From: Phoronis australis | Lineage: Eukaryota > Animalia > Phoronida | DNA: 64,000 bases | Assembly: GCA_002633005.1 (NCBI GenBank) | Contig: NMRA01000186.1 | Coordinates: forward strand, 351,479-415,478 | Reading direction: 5' to 3' | Shown: positions 22,383 to 36,128 of the stretch, one piece after another | Position numbering within the stretch: the first letter of the stretch is position 1 | Layout: the number at the start of each line of letters is the position of its first letter | The notes under the pieces: model-generated | Database searches by the model: none | The model's input: only the letters and a program-made list of their open reading frames with translations | What the model was told of the DNA's origin: nothing | Made by a program: the position numbers and the translations under genes

Positions 22383-25300
22383 TGACATTTTCAAAAAATA
22401 TATATATGACTAAAAATATTCCCAGACTCTTGATTGGTTTGCCAGTCCACTTGAAGCCACAAAGTGGTTCAGAACAATCTTTTTCTCAACCTAAATATAA
22501 CCCTTCACATTTCTTAATATTCAGCTGGAGACCAGAGAGTAAACCAAAATGTTCTAAAAATTTGAGACAATACATGCCAGAATTTTTTTCAGGAAGAAAT
22601 AAGGTAGTGTCATCTGCGTACTGGAGAATTTTAACTTCAGTTTTTTCAACACTTATACCTTTAATTAAATTACTCTTTCGTATATAATTGGCCATAACTT
22701 CAACAACTAGGCAAATAATGGACCTGACAATGAATCACCCTGTCTTACACCCCTTTCTAAACGAAAATAATCTGTTGTAAAACCATTATTGACAACACAA
22801 CCTCTTGGTTTGTTATAGATTATTTCTACCCATCGTGTTAAACCCTGTCCAAAATTAAAAGCCTTCAAAGCTTGAAAAATAAACTACCATTTCATTGTAT
22901 CATACGCCTTGCAAAAATCCAAAAATAAAATGTGTCCTTGACCATCAGTAATATTTGTATAAGAAATTATATCCTGAATGATACGAATATTGTATCCTAC
23001 ATATCGTCCTTTAACAGCTGTTTGACCTGGGTGAACCAGTTTTCCCATGATATTATTTATACAGGCTGTAAGAACTTTATACTTCGTGATCAATAGAGAC
23101 ATTGGACGTTAATTATCCAAGGACTGGAGCTCGAACTCATCTTTTGACTTGGGTAGGAGCGTTATTGCTCCTTGCCTCTGTGACGTAGATATTTCCCCCA
23201 CTGAAAAACTATATTCAAAAGCTTCAAGTAAAGAGTTTTGAACTTCATGCCAGAAACATTTATAAAATTCGTAAGTTAGCCCGTGATTTCCTGGAGACTT
23301 ATTGTTTTTACAAGTCTTTAAAACTTCATAAAATTCACCCTCTCTTAAAGGTTCATCCAGTTCTTCAAAATCACTGGGTGGTACATAGCTGGCGATATTA
23401 AAAAGATCTGGTATAGTGATGGTGTTTCCATTTGACGATCTGTGAAAACAGAGGAGTAATAATGAGTCAATTCTGAACTCTTATCAAGTGGCCATCATTA
23501 TTTTTAAGGATACTTATACACTTTTTAAAATTTCTTTTCTCCAATGAGGCAAAAACTTTTGGGCTAGTCTCCCCTTCCTCAATTACTTCTTAACATTTGT
23601 CCACCTACATGTACTCTATGATTTTGTATACGTTGCAAATTGGACTTGGCTCTTTCCAAATTCTGTACAATTCCATCATCAATTCTACCATCATTTAGTT
23701 CGTTTTCCTGTCAAGTTGTTGATAATTTCAATCAATTTCTCTTCCTCAGCATATTCAAATTTCATTGATCTTTTCGAGTATCTCATAGTATATTTCCTTA
23801 TTTTCATTTTAACCATTTCCCATTTGGTATGTTTATTACTTAGATAAACATACTCTTCAACACAGGTATTTATAATTATTTTCAAGTTAGTTACATAATC
23901 TTCATCTTCGAAAAGACTAATATTAATTTTCCATAATCCAGGCCCTCTCGGTACAGAATCTTTAAGTGAGCAATGAAGTTTGACTACCGAGTGATCCGAA
24001 AAATTATAATCACTTTTAATGAAACAATCGAGATGATCTTTGAAGTTCTTTGAAACCAACCAATAGTCAACTTTGCTTTGTAATCTGTAGGAACTATTAT
24101 GCCATGTACATTGTTTTTTGCCTGGATTCTGAAATCTCCACATGTTAAATAGATGGAAAGACTCCGCAAAACCTTTAAGCTTGTCAATGACTGTTTGTTT
24201 ATCTCTAATATCTCTTATTCCTTGTTTATCAATTTTGCCTAATGGGCAATTAAAATCACCAGCACAAAAATATTATCGTTATTTACATATCTTTGGAAAG
24301 TATTATTTAATTTGTTCAAAAACATTAATTGAGATCTATTTTCATTTGGAAAATAAACGTCTATGAAAATATAGTTATGATCATCCACATCTGCGTCAAT
24401 GCACAAATAACGACCATCAGGATCTTCGATACATCTTTTAACTGTAACATTTAAGTTGTTGTTAAACATGATGGCAACACCCCTGCTGTGCTCTGACCCA
24501 TGAGCAGCAAAGATTCTACTTCCCCACTCATGTCCCCATTACTTAATGTTAGTTATTGTACTGTATCTTTCTTGTAAAAAGGCAATATCAACCCTCTTCT
24601 TCTTCAAAAAGAAAACAAATGCTGCCCTTTCAATTCATGATTTAAACCCCTGCAATTTAACGATACTAAGTTTAAGCTAATCATTGTCATCAATTGGGAA
24701 ACGACAAAACCTATCATTAGATAAACCCCTACAAAACCTTTCAACAAAAAATAAATGAACCGTGATCACGGGAATATAGAAAGCATTCACTCCGACAAAC
24801 ACACACCTACGAAACAACAAAAATATATATATAACTGAAAGAATTCAGGTAAATGTCGATCTGTCCGTCTTCGCCATCTGGCTAGCCACTTGTAGTCGCA
24901 AATTAAATATTTTCTGTATTCTTGATCCCCTTTATAGTTCCGTTTGTCAACTGTACATAGATACTGCCATCGCTGGACCATCTACTTTTGACTTTATCAT
25001 TCTTGAGTGCAGACTTGAGTAAATTATAGTTCAGCGATGTTAGGTCTTCTACAATATAATAGCCAGTATCTTTTAGAACCTTCTTCTGTTTAAACACATT
25101 TTCTCTAGTTTGATAAGAAATAAATTTCACAATCATCGGTCTCGGAGTCGTTGATTGGACAGAGTGTCTTGACACTCTATCTGTAGTTTTACGTTTTCCA
25201 ATTCGGTGCATACGGTCAGTCTCTGCAGGTTTAGATTTTACTTTAAGAGATTTTTCCAAGAACTCTGTCACTGTTTGAATACATACTTCAGATTCCTCTT

Positions 25301-25860
25301 CTTTCAAACCATAGATGCGTAGACTATTCCTTCTTGAATACTGCTCAAGAGAATTCACCTTTTCCTTCAAGACCTCGTTTTCCCTTTTAAGCTTGACCAG
25401 TTCTTCATTCAACTTCAAAACCTAATCCTTGATGATGAGTTTCACAGATTTTGCAATCCTCTCATCGAGTTTAGCAAATCTTTCCTATAACTGTTTTGCA
25501 TCTATCTTGACCAGCAAGGGTTATTTACACTGAGTGACTAACCTAGATTCCTTTCAGTCATCCATGGTGGTTTTGAATGGTGACCTTTCACCACCAACAG
25601 CAGGGTTCTAGTTCATATAGCAGTAATGTTGGTCAGTGAGTTGCCACTGAACACAGCTGTATCAGTCATAGGAGGACAAGCCCATTACAAACAGCAACTT
25701 TCTCTATGTGGTGAGAGTATTCTAAAACCTCAAAACAAGTTCATCAAAATCTCTGACACAAATTTCACCTCTCTGCAACTTTCTGCCTGCTCCTGTACTT
25801 TCGTTTGCAAAATATTTGATGTACTGTTGAGAGCAATTTTACACACCACTTGAGGAGCTG
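22383..25860 (-). mobile_element. L1/Tx1-clade LINE A, 5' part (ORF1 ~24903-25560; ORF2 from ~24690)
   Basis: ORF1 has LEQYSRRNSLRIYG, DRMHRIG, PRPMIVKF and YIVEDLT. ORF2 begins MISLNLVSLNCRG and has GRYL, SDHSVV, GPGLWKIN, LDFCKAYD and QYADDTT. The frame joins the 16317-17780 piece once LINE B is removed. Confidence 0.9.
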
Positions 25861-28800
25861 CAGCAGCGCCTCCTCAACACGTTAGACTCAACGGGGGAAC
25901 GCCGTAAAGTAAAAAGCAAAGAACACACACTCAGTTCCCAAGTTTCCTGTGCTTGGCTCGGGATTGCCAACGTACAAATATTCTTCTCACACACACGATA
26001 TTCCTCTCTCACGGATCTGAAGTCCCCCCGATATCAAGCACCAAGCACTTGTTGGCGTTTTTTTAGAATCATCACACCGTGTAATTGTGTGCTCACAAAG
26101 AGATCAGCCTCGCTCTCACACATTATTTCGGTTCCTATCCATCCCTGCCCTTAATCTGATAGACGTACTGCGCGATCCTCAGCCGAAAATTTTAAAATAA
26201 ATTCTTCAGTATAATTTTTCAGTATAAGTAGAAATACATACAATTGTCATTAATACCTAATATTTACTTAAATATAATTAGCAAACAGCACCATCATTGG
26301 ATAACAGCATATGGTGGTCAATAATTATCTTTTTAATTGATCTTCTATGGTCTCAGTCACCAAGATTGATGTGGAAACAACGCATATAGTGGCTCCGCTT
26401 AAACTATGGTGGTAGCACATAAAAACCTAGTTGCAGCACTACTAAACTCCATGGCAGAACCAAAAAAAAACATATGACTCAGTGACAGGACGAAAAAACT
26501 TATCTCTTTGACTGCAGGCATAACACTGAGAGCCCCCGCATTTCCTGACAGATGCCGTAGGGCTCCTACTGTTTTCCGCCATTTTTGTCCTGTGTAGCAC
26601 TCTCCAATATGGCGTCATATTGACAACGCGAGCTGCATGTATCAACTGGGTAATAGTGCCAATCCTGACAAGACGAGCGCCATACGATAATTAATGCATC
26701 CGTAGATGAATTCATCGACGGCATGATGAATCAATTTAATGAATTTCTACTCAAACTTGCTTCGATCAAACATTACCAGCGTAATAAATTGCGGGCAAAC
26801 GATGTCGGTCGTAAGACACGAGCGAAGTTTCGGTTCTAATTAATAGCGACACTTACCCCGAACGGTCAACGATAGTTACACAAAGACAACGAGTGAATCT
26901 GTGGTCCAGTGGCGACTAACTCGAAGCCATCTTATCTTAAGTTCACCTTAAGTTCTTAGCGATTCACAATAACCATGTAATAATAAATGATGACTTCATA
27001 AAAACACGTCTGTATTTTTACCGGACAAGAGCTGGAAGGAAGTAACAAAACTACTGTATGCGCACGAATAAAGTACGTAAACAGATAATGTCCCAATGTC
27101 TTTTAAAATTTAATGGAAATAGTCCGTATTCACTCTTCAGCTATAATGGGGAAAGCCCATAGTTCTTAAGAATGACTCCATATAGAGACCAACAGGCAGA
27201 GTCTATACCCAAAATCACAGATTGTTTTGGGACGTAGCACATAATTTTGGTTTGGTGAGATGTAGAAAATATCGATTTTTAAGAATTTTTATTCATTATT
27301 TCTCTTTTTATGTCACGTACCTCCATTTCACAACACAATTGAGCGCATAAGTAGATGTGTTTTAAATGCAATTCACTAGCATGTATAGCTAACTGGTAAC
27401 AGATGAGTGATACAGTTTCAAAAGGCCATGATTGAATAATTAAATGGCATAACTTTCAAAATTTATTTTCAAATTTGTACATGTATGTTTTGATTTTGTG
27501 TGACAAAACGGCTATTTTGCAGGTTTTCACAGAAGCTTGCACCTTTTCAAAAACTGACCTTGTAATAATTTGTTTAGCCATTCCTTACCTCTTCATAATC
27601 TATAATAAAAACTTGCCTCTCTCGTAGTTTTCGCTTACGAAGCATTACACCAACTACAGTTCGTGCTATTTGCCTGTTCTCAGTTGCCTCAACCAGCAAT
27701 AGGGGGACTCTTGAAACGTGTAATTAGCTTGCAGAAACGACATAAAAAGCTTGTATTTTAGAGAAAAAGCAGGCAGCACTACTAATTACCGTTCTCTCTA
27801 ATCCACACTAATGATTATTGTTTATTACAAAAATTATGTACACAAATTGTGAGTGGCGTGATTCGTCTAAACGATAGATGGCGTCGCTGTTTGTTTACGT
27901 ATGGAGCGTGAGGACGCGACTACTAGCCGAATCTGCCTTACTCATGTTTTTTAACTTCGTTGTAAGAGTCACTGGCATAGGGAGGGGGGGGGGGCACCTA
28001 AGTGGTTTATGGCCCTCTGTTCAGTGCAAAAAAATCTTCAACTCGGTCAAAACTCATTGTAATTTTGCGTTCATATTGCAATGCAGGTTGCTACCAGACC
28101 GGTCGCCGGCCACCCCACCGTTGAGTATTTCTGAAAGTACGAACATTAACGGTATGAAAAGGCATACATTCAAGGTCAAGCGAAAACAGTTCACGAAAGA
28201 CAATTTTATTAATGACTCAGTTCAGACATTAGGTGAACACAGTTCAACACAACGGTCTGATCTTCCTAGAAAACATACTGAGTGACTGATTCTGGGCCGT
28301 AGCAAGTAGAGGGGGGGGGGTCAGATGCCACCGGGTGCCTGAGGAAGGGGAGAGGGGATGCTCTACTAGTGTCATACAAGGGAGGCATCTGTTAACTGAG
28401 GGGTTACAAGATACACAGCTACCAATCGGGGATGTGGAGCGCGCCACTTCGTGAGGTGTCGACGGGGCAAGGAGGTGCACGCTACGCCACTACTAGGAAA
28501 GCAAAGTTGGGTCATTTAACTCCAACTTTGACACAATTGGTGTTTTGACTCTTGACGTTGAAGGTTCCGGGTGGTACCGGCCAACTCTGAGCATGTCCAA
28601 ACTGAACCAATATCCACCGTGAAATGTTTAAGTCAATACCTCGTTCAGAATTTGTTCTGGAAGATCTTGGGTATTCAGGGTACATACACTTTCTGTTTGG
28701 GTGAAAACCGGAACCAAATTCTCTTTGGTGAACATCACATATGCTTTGACTCCACGACTGGTCCTGCTCAGTCACAAATTTACCTATTCTGCCTTGTGCG

Positions 28801-29159
28801 AGCCCATACTCCCACTGGCCTTGATTTATGCGGTACTTTCCAGCATCTCAGATATTCTGAAGGGTCTTAGCATGACTGACCAAAGTCACAAAGTTTTTGT
28901 GATCGCACTTGTTTGATGAATAATCTCTAAACGAGCAGAAATGGCCTTCATTCTTCATTTTGTCTTTAAGAAAATGAGAGCCTCAAAACCAGTTTTTAAA
29001 AATAACAATTCTTACAAATTCAAACTTCAAAGGGATTTATTTCCATTTAATTGACTTGAAATTGGACTAGGACCATTTCAAGGACTTTTTTGCACACCGT
29101 ATCTTTCACACGATATGATGTAGAACGAAGTTCGTTCTTATAAATTTCTGAGTGCTGAG

Positions 29160-31530
29160 TCAAGAGCCGTCTCGATTAACCACGAGATAGCGTGGACGAG
29201 AGCTGGTCTTATCTCGAACACCATAGAGATAAACTTTATCACCAGTTGTAGCGTTGCTTGTGGGAGGAAGTCTAGCCATAAGAGTCTTAGATCTTAAGCT
29301 GGGTTCATGGCTTCTTTCACATTTGAGTTGCTGCTCCTCGATCAGGGTGAGGTCGGTGACGGGTATATAGTCACAGGTAAATTGGTCACGTTGGAATGGC
29401 ATCTCTCAGGCAGGTGGTCATTTTGAACGTAGCCGACAGTTAAGCTGTGCAACTGTGAGTGAAAGCTGCAAAGACGTCAAGTTGCCATGGACCACGTGTT
29501 CATGGAGTAACTCATCGGAAAGCTCTAAAATAGCCCTTTTTCAACGACTGGGTTGTGACTGGGGCTATTAACCCGGCAAAATTCAACAGTAATCCTATGT
29601 CGTTTATCGTCCTTCAATGCACTGAAACCGGAGAACCTGATCTGTGCGGATAACTGCAGGAGGGCTATCCAAACGACGAAGTTCTGAACATTTGAAAAAG
29701 ACAATCAATGTAGGAGGACACATTCCTGCAACACGAGGACCAATTGGCGATCACGTTTCATGACATCTGCAGCGAATGAAAGATAGGGGGAGGGTCAGAC
29801 GATTCTTGAGTGACCAAAGTCTTGGGGAATGTTTGAAGCGAGCAGCACTTGTTGCAAGATTTGGAAAATCTGCCACTGGAGTCCAAGTCGAGGGCGTAGA
29901 AGTAACGTTGGGTAACTAGCCTCAGCTGATTGGATGAGGGATGATCCAAGAGGAGGTGAAGAGCCATGAGTAGACCAACTAAGACAGAACCAGGAACAAA
30001 TATGCATTCGAAAATCGGAGCTAAGGGTGCTTTTCTGCGGACAACTAGTAAACCATCACTAGCACCCTTGACAATGTTTAGGTAACGCTTCACATCTCGA
30101 ACATCAGTCAGCTTATTACTGAGACACATACCTTGAGTAATAAGAGCGTGGGTACAGCGTAGGTCTGGGCACTCAGTTTGGATACTGTGCCGAGCATAAC
30201 GGGTATTTAACAAAATCCTCGACAACCAGATAAGATGTCTTCTGTGGATGAACGAAAGACCACACAATCTTTGGCAGATACCACGAAGGCGTATACCTGG
30301 CACGACATCTCTGAACACTCAATACTACGTCGGCTTCCAAAATCTGACACTATGTTGGCGACTCCTGAAACATGGCGAACAGTAGTTAGAAGCCGAGACA
30401 GAGCTGACAAAAAGTAGACACTTTAGTGTTCATAGAAAATTCACCTCTACACAAGCGATCAAAATCGGGTACACATGGCTTACTGTCAGTGAGGACTGAA
30501 GCACGATGTTTGGACTGGGTGAGCTATGGGTTGAAGTGTTGCAAAGCCACGGCAACGGCCAAAGCTTCAACCTCGCAAGGGAGCTAAAGTACTTGGCTGG
30601 ACTTACATGTACGCATGGCACTGAAGAAGAAATAAATCTTGGATTTCCTTCCCTAGTAACATATAGGGTATCTGCTATCCCTGAGTGCTTGGCATAGAAG
30701 TCAGTCACAATCCACAGGTTATCCACAGAATACAGTAGTGTGATGACCTTGTTAGACGAGAGTGCTTTCTGGGCGACAGAAAATGCACTGACTAACTCAT
30801 CAGACCATGTGAATGGACACTTGGAATCGCAGCATCATTCAGTGGAGACATATATTATAGAAAAAAATTGAAATATATATAGTAGGAGCAATGAGGGAAA
30901 ACCCTAGACAGAACCTTGAAGGCACCGATGAATGAACGCATACGACTCACGGCTGTAGGCTTATTGCACGTTGCAAGTGCACCGAAGCTACGATTGCTAG
31001 CCTAGGACAGTCGTGCGCTTGGGAGCAATGGCTGTTTCTGTAGGTGACACATGTAGACCAGACTTAGCAAGGACAGAAGGTACCCGTTCCCAATTGGTAA
31101 GTAGCTTAGATGGGTTCTTGCCACCACAGTACAACTTGCTTTCGATGCCTTGTTCGAGGAGATTACCTAGGACATGGCAGGTAAGCTCTTCCAATGCTGT
31201 TTCTGAGCATTCCCATAACACACCTGGCATAGACACGAATGGCATGGAAGGGGCTACCACGCTGCAGTACTTCATGGATTCACAAGACGAGGGAATTTGA
31301 TAAAAAGCACTCGTGAGGTCCGTTTTGGCTATAAATCGCCACAGAGCAATTTTGCGTATTACGGAATTGAAATTGGGCATGAGTGATGGTTGGGGTTTGG
31401 TTCATCTTCCAAACTCCGCAAAGGCAGTTACGAGTCGAAATTGACCGCTGGGCTTATTAATTACGAAGGATGGGTTCAGATATTCAATAAGTACATCCAC
31501 ATCATTGAGACGAACTAAGACACCGAATGC
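29160..31530 (-). mobile_element. Decayed Ty3/Gypsy LTR retrotransposon pol (RT-RNaseH-integrase)
   Basis: FIAKTDLTSAFYQIP (RT), LWIVTD and VRHVSGVANIVSDFGSR (RNase H), and HLLLDHPSSNQL...CNKCCS (integrase HHCC), followed by integrase core remnants. The domain order is RT-RH-IN. LTRs were not identified. Confidence 0.88.
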
Positions 31531-32018
31531 TAGTCACTTACCACATGCCAAATGGATCTCATATGCAGAGGACTATTTAGTTGTGCAAAATAAAAAAGAA
31601 TTATCAAAACTGGATAGTGTTTGAGAAATTTATGCATTTTCTGTGTCTGTGTTTCATGAATTTTTAGCTTTACGAATGGCCATTTTAAAAATTTCAACTT
31701 TCAAACGTCAACAGTAGAAAAGAAATTTATCTTATTAAGTAAGCAATTGTTTTGATATGAATAGGAATAACTTGAGTCACTTTCAGAACCACTTAGATGA
31801 AGTTGTGCTTAATCATCGAGAAATAGTAGGGTTCATCCTAAAACGGGACCTTGTTACGAAATTCGTTTTTTCTGTGTTTCTGTGTAGCAGCAGTTTGCAC
31901 CTGGTCTAAGTCAGTTTTAATTTCACCAACGACATCTAATAAACCTTAGACCTTTATTATGATCTTAAACCAGGCTTAAATTTAGATTTGGTCAGACCCA
32001 GGTTTAACAATGTTAAAT

Positions 32019-32330
32019 ATGGAATGTGTGTGCATGTCGTGGAGCTTCGTTCAGGAACTAAGAAATCCACTTAGTAACATGACAATAAAACCCAGTGACA
32101 CTACAGCAAGCAAGACCTTTACCAACCCTGTGATTGACGCGTTGCGTGCCTCAAGAGTTTCTTACCGATAGAAGAAAACACAAGATGAATCATATAAATG
32201 TGCCCAAGAACCAAGTCGATTCAGTGTCCTATCTGTGGTCAATGTTTCACGGAAAGAGTGAACCTGACGCGACACATTGCGTTACAACACGAGGACACTC
32301 CTTTCTGTGGTGAATGTATGCCTCCTTCTA
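32019..32330 (+). pseudogene. C2H2 zinc-finger remnant, probably inside a DNA transposon that truncates the Gypsy element at ~31530
   Basis: CAGTGTCCTATCTGTGGTCAATGTTTCACG...CACATTGCGTTACAACAC encodes QCPICGQCFTERVNLTRHIALQH. Upstream sequence is frameshifted. Confidence 0.6.
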
Positions 32331-35300
32331 CAGGCATATGAAGCAGAAACGTCATTAATGAAATCATTAACTACAGTGGTGAAGCTTGTTAAGACAGTAT
32401 AGTTTGGTCAAATTTGCAGAGTTCATGGTTGGTACAGTAGTTGTCTGATGTGATATTATTTTGCCGTTTTGTTTTTAATCTTTTTCCTCAATTTCTTTCT
32501 ATATTTGTGTTATTTCAACAGGATCTTTAAAAGAACCAGTGCATTTTTGTAGTGTTTAGGTAGATTTAAATGGCCATACTAAGTGTCATTGGGCAATACT
32601 TACATACAATTGTTCTGACCAATGAGTATTTTGAAAGAAAATATATGTCTATGATTATTGTAGAAATTGCTTTCATATTGTTGTTGATTTCCTGTGAGAG
32701 ACTTTTATACTATCAACCAGTCTGAAATACATTGTCTATGAGTCAGTGATGATTTAGTCTAATACATTCCACAAGTATTTCGTAGGAAAAGTTCAATGGA
32801 TTTGTAATGTTGATTTTCCTAAAGCAATATTTTATATATTTTTGTATGTCCAATTTTGAGGTATGTGTGATAAAATAAGAATATTATAATATAAATGCTA
32901 TAATATTGTTGTTGATTTCCAGTGTAAATCAATACAGTGTGTAGTTGAAGTGACGTTAAAGACTACATGTTGACTGCGTTTTGAGAAAATCACAATATAG
33001 TACGTGTGTTATAACTGTCTCACACTTTTTCAATGTCACAGTAAACTGGAGATCATGAAATGAAGATGCACGGTGAACTTAGGATCAAGACCATGAAACA
33101 GAAGAGTCAAACACAAGGTGCATTGAAGGCACATGGGTGCCACAAGTCAATCTGTTCAGCTCTTTATCGATGTTGTCAGTAAAACATCAAGTAAAGTCCC
33201 ACCCGTTTTATCAGCACATCAGTTTACACAACCTCTGGCAATTTTTTAAATCCCAGACGTTTATGAGTGGGAATCTTTGACTCATCTCGTGAATGGTGTT
33301 ATCGCATTCCCCTCTCTCCCCATGGGCAAGCTCATCATCATTCGTTGACTTCACTGGCTATTTGTTTTTTTTCCTTTTGCTGTCACAATTTGCAAGCAAA
33401 TTCGACACTCGCTTTCATCTGCTGCAACAATTTGTTAACCGCTGGCTTACACGCCGCATGGAACAACTCTTGGGTGAGTCTCCAATTTAGAACCCATTTT
33501 TCCCAGCGGTTTCGTCTAAAAGTAGATGTCTGTATTTCAAAACCCTCGTAGGGTGTACCTTCACGTCGTGGGTAACATATTCGCTAAAGCTCATCTCACT
33601 ATAACAGTGCACTTGTTTCCTGAAATGAAAATAAATTCATTTATGAAAAAATTTTTAAATAAAACAGTATGCTTTATGTAAACGTAGCGCTTATGGCGAT
33701 TTAATGGAAAATATGCCGACTGTGCTATTATTTAGTTTTAATACAAAAGTAACACAATAATGACACAAAATGTGATTAATTCATTACACATCACTTATTT
33801 TGTAACCTTTTTCACGTTTTATAGGTAAAAAGTTCATTATTGTTCGACACATAACGATGCGTTCCCGATCGCATAAACAAAACGCAAATTTGCGTTTCCG
33901 ATCTCCTACATGTATCTCTGCGTTCTCGTTCCAAAATTAATAGAAAATGCCTTCAAAATGTATTGCAACCAGTTAGCGAATGTTTGGTTCACCATGTGAT
34001 CTTTTGTAAAGCAGAAATTGAATTATTCCAAGTTAAAACAAGGGTGTATCTTGCTTAAACTTGGAATTTACGGGGTAGAATAAACTCGACCAGAAGTCTT
34101 CTGAAATTAATAGAAAATGCATATAAAGTGTATTGCAACCAGTTAGTGAATGTTTAATTCACGTCTTGATCAACATCAACCAGGCACTAATTTCAAACAT
34201 CAAGCTTTATTTTTATATTGGTATAGGCAGCAACACAGCAATAATACGACTCAAATGGCCACCGCAGCCGTAGGGTTATGACCTTGAATGCCGGTGCATT
34301 ACTGAGGGAACATGTAATCACAATACAGTCCTTAAATGATTTTTTATTCCAGTCCCTCGGTACTAACCAGTATACATGACCAGGCCACGGGAGCTTTAAT
34401 TCGATTTTTAGAAATCTTTTATCTCCGTAGCCTATCGGTTCAGTTACGATTTCAGCTCAAGTGCCTTGTTCTGTGATTGTGTGCCAGGCAACCGCTTAAT
34501 TCCAAGTTCACACAAGATTCCAAGTTCACGTACGGGGTTTGGCAGTTTGCTTAGCCTCAAGATCACTTCCGTGATCTAGGAACTCCAAGTTCACGCAACA
34601 CTCACTTCCGCTTATTCTTGAGATTAAAATCAGGATTCCAAGTTCACGTACAACATGACCACTCTAACTGATTGGCTTCTGAAAACAGACGTAGTCTTGA
34701 CTCACGACTCCATCAATAGACGACGCTCCCATCACAGTCAGGTTTAATGTACTTTGTTCATAGATTAAAATCGTGAGTGAAAATAAAAAACATATAGCAA
34801 GTTACCAAACACATAAGTCATGCGCACTACATAATACACAGAATACACCAAACATAATGCACAATTTAGAATACAATTAAATAATATGTAAAAACTGTTC
34901 CAACAACAGTAAACTGATCCTAAACATAACCAATGATATAAAAAACTATGTTAGCGATGCACACACAGACCGGTTGTATGGCCGTAACCCGTCGGACGTA
35001 GCACGGAATACTTTTCCCTTACAAAAAAGTTAAAACAATCTTAGTTACATTGTGGACAACTAAATGTAATCCATTATTTAATGGAATCGGGAACGGATGC
35101 TGCGAACGGCGTCGATTGGTCCACAGTGAAACGCTTGACGTATTCTCTCCTTGAAAGTATGTTGTTAAGTAGCCTCTCGGTATTGATCGCTTCGGAAGGG
35201 GATCTCTAACTGTTCATACTAATGTAGTCTACCATTTCAGCTGTGAAAATTGTGAGTTTTATATCAACATGGCAACCAGAATGAACATAAGAAGAATAAC

Positions 35301-36006
35301 AACGCTCTGTTGACTCACTCTATTGCCACTGGTCATGAAATAGTCAACTCGGGTGTGACAATCCTTGATCAACATCATGCAGAGAGCTCACTCAACCGCA
35401 ACATTGAGGCATACAAAGCTAGTGCTGAGGTAGAAATTAGATTTTCAGTACTGTGATATGCACTCTGGTGTGAAGTACGGGAATATGGATTTGTCTCGCC
35501 TTCGTAAATATATAAGTTATTGAATCTGTGTATACAGATGGTAGGCCTATTGAGGGTTATCGAAGCGTCCTCACTATGGAGCACGACGTCTTGTTTTTGT
35601 TCAGATTATCGATAGAAATTTCGCATCTACGTAGTATTAAAGCGTGTTTTTGCATTTTATGCAAGTGTTGAAAGTTAATAACTTCACTTTATGTCGTTCA
35701 AAAGACCGATTAAAAGGCGCTAGAAAGTACTCTTTTATGTAAAAATCATCCTACGGTCTTTAATGCTAGACCGATCCCGCCACTGATTGGCGAGTTCCAT
35801 GCAGATGCCTCCCCACTCCTACTTTTTTCACGTTCATCTTGAACTAGAAATGTGCGAGTAGACAAAGCGGTGCCGTGGCCGTGAAACGATGAGATTAGCT
35901 GTGCGCGACGTTCGCTTGAAAAAAGCGTTGTATATTATACATGTTCCGTGTTTTCCTAAGCTGTTGCCCGGAGTAGGTTGAACTTTAATGTCCGTTGAAT
36001 TCAGTC

Positions 36007-36099
36007 AGAATTTCCCGTCTTAATGAAAAATTCCCATCTCACTGCGCGAAGGAGGAATGGCTTTAAATAGGTTCGTTTGCTTTGAAAATTCACACTTGC
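36007..36099 (+). promoter_or_regulatory. Core promoter of ZnF-coil gene 1: two kappaB-like motifs, TTTAAATAG box, TTCACACTTGC initiator-like motif
   Basis: AGAATTTCCC 36007-36016, AAAAATTCCC 36026-36035, TTTAAATAG 36062-36070 and TTCACACTTGC 36089-36099. The same order recurs upstream of genes 2 and 3. Confidence 0.6.
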
Positions 36100-36128
36100 A
36101 GGCCTACAGTACTTGACATACGATCGAC

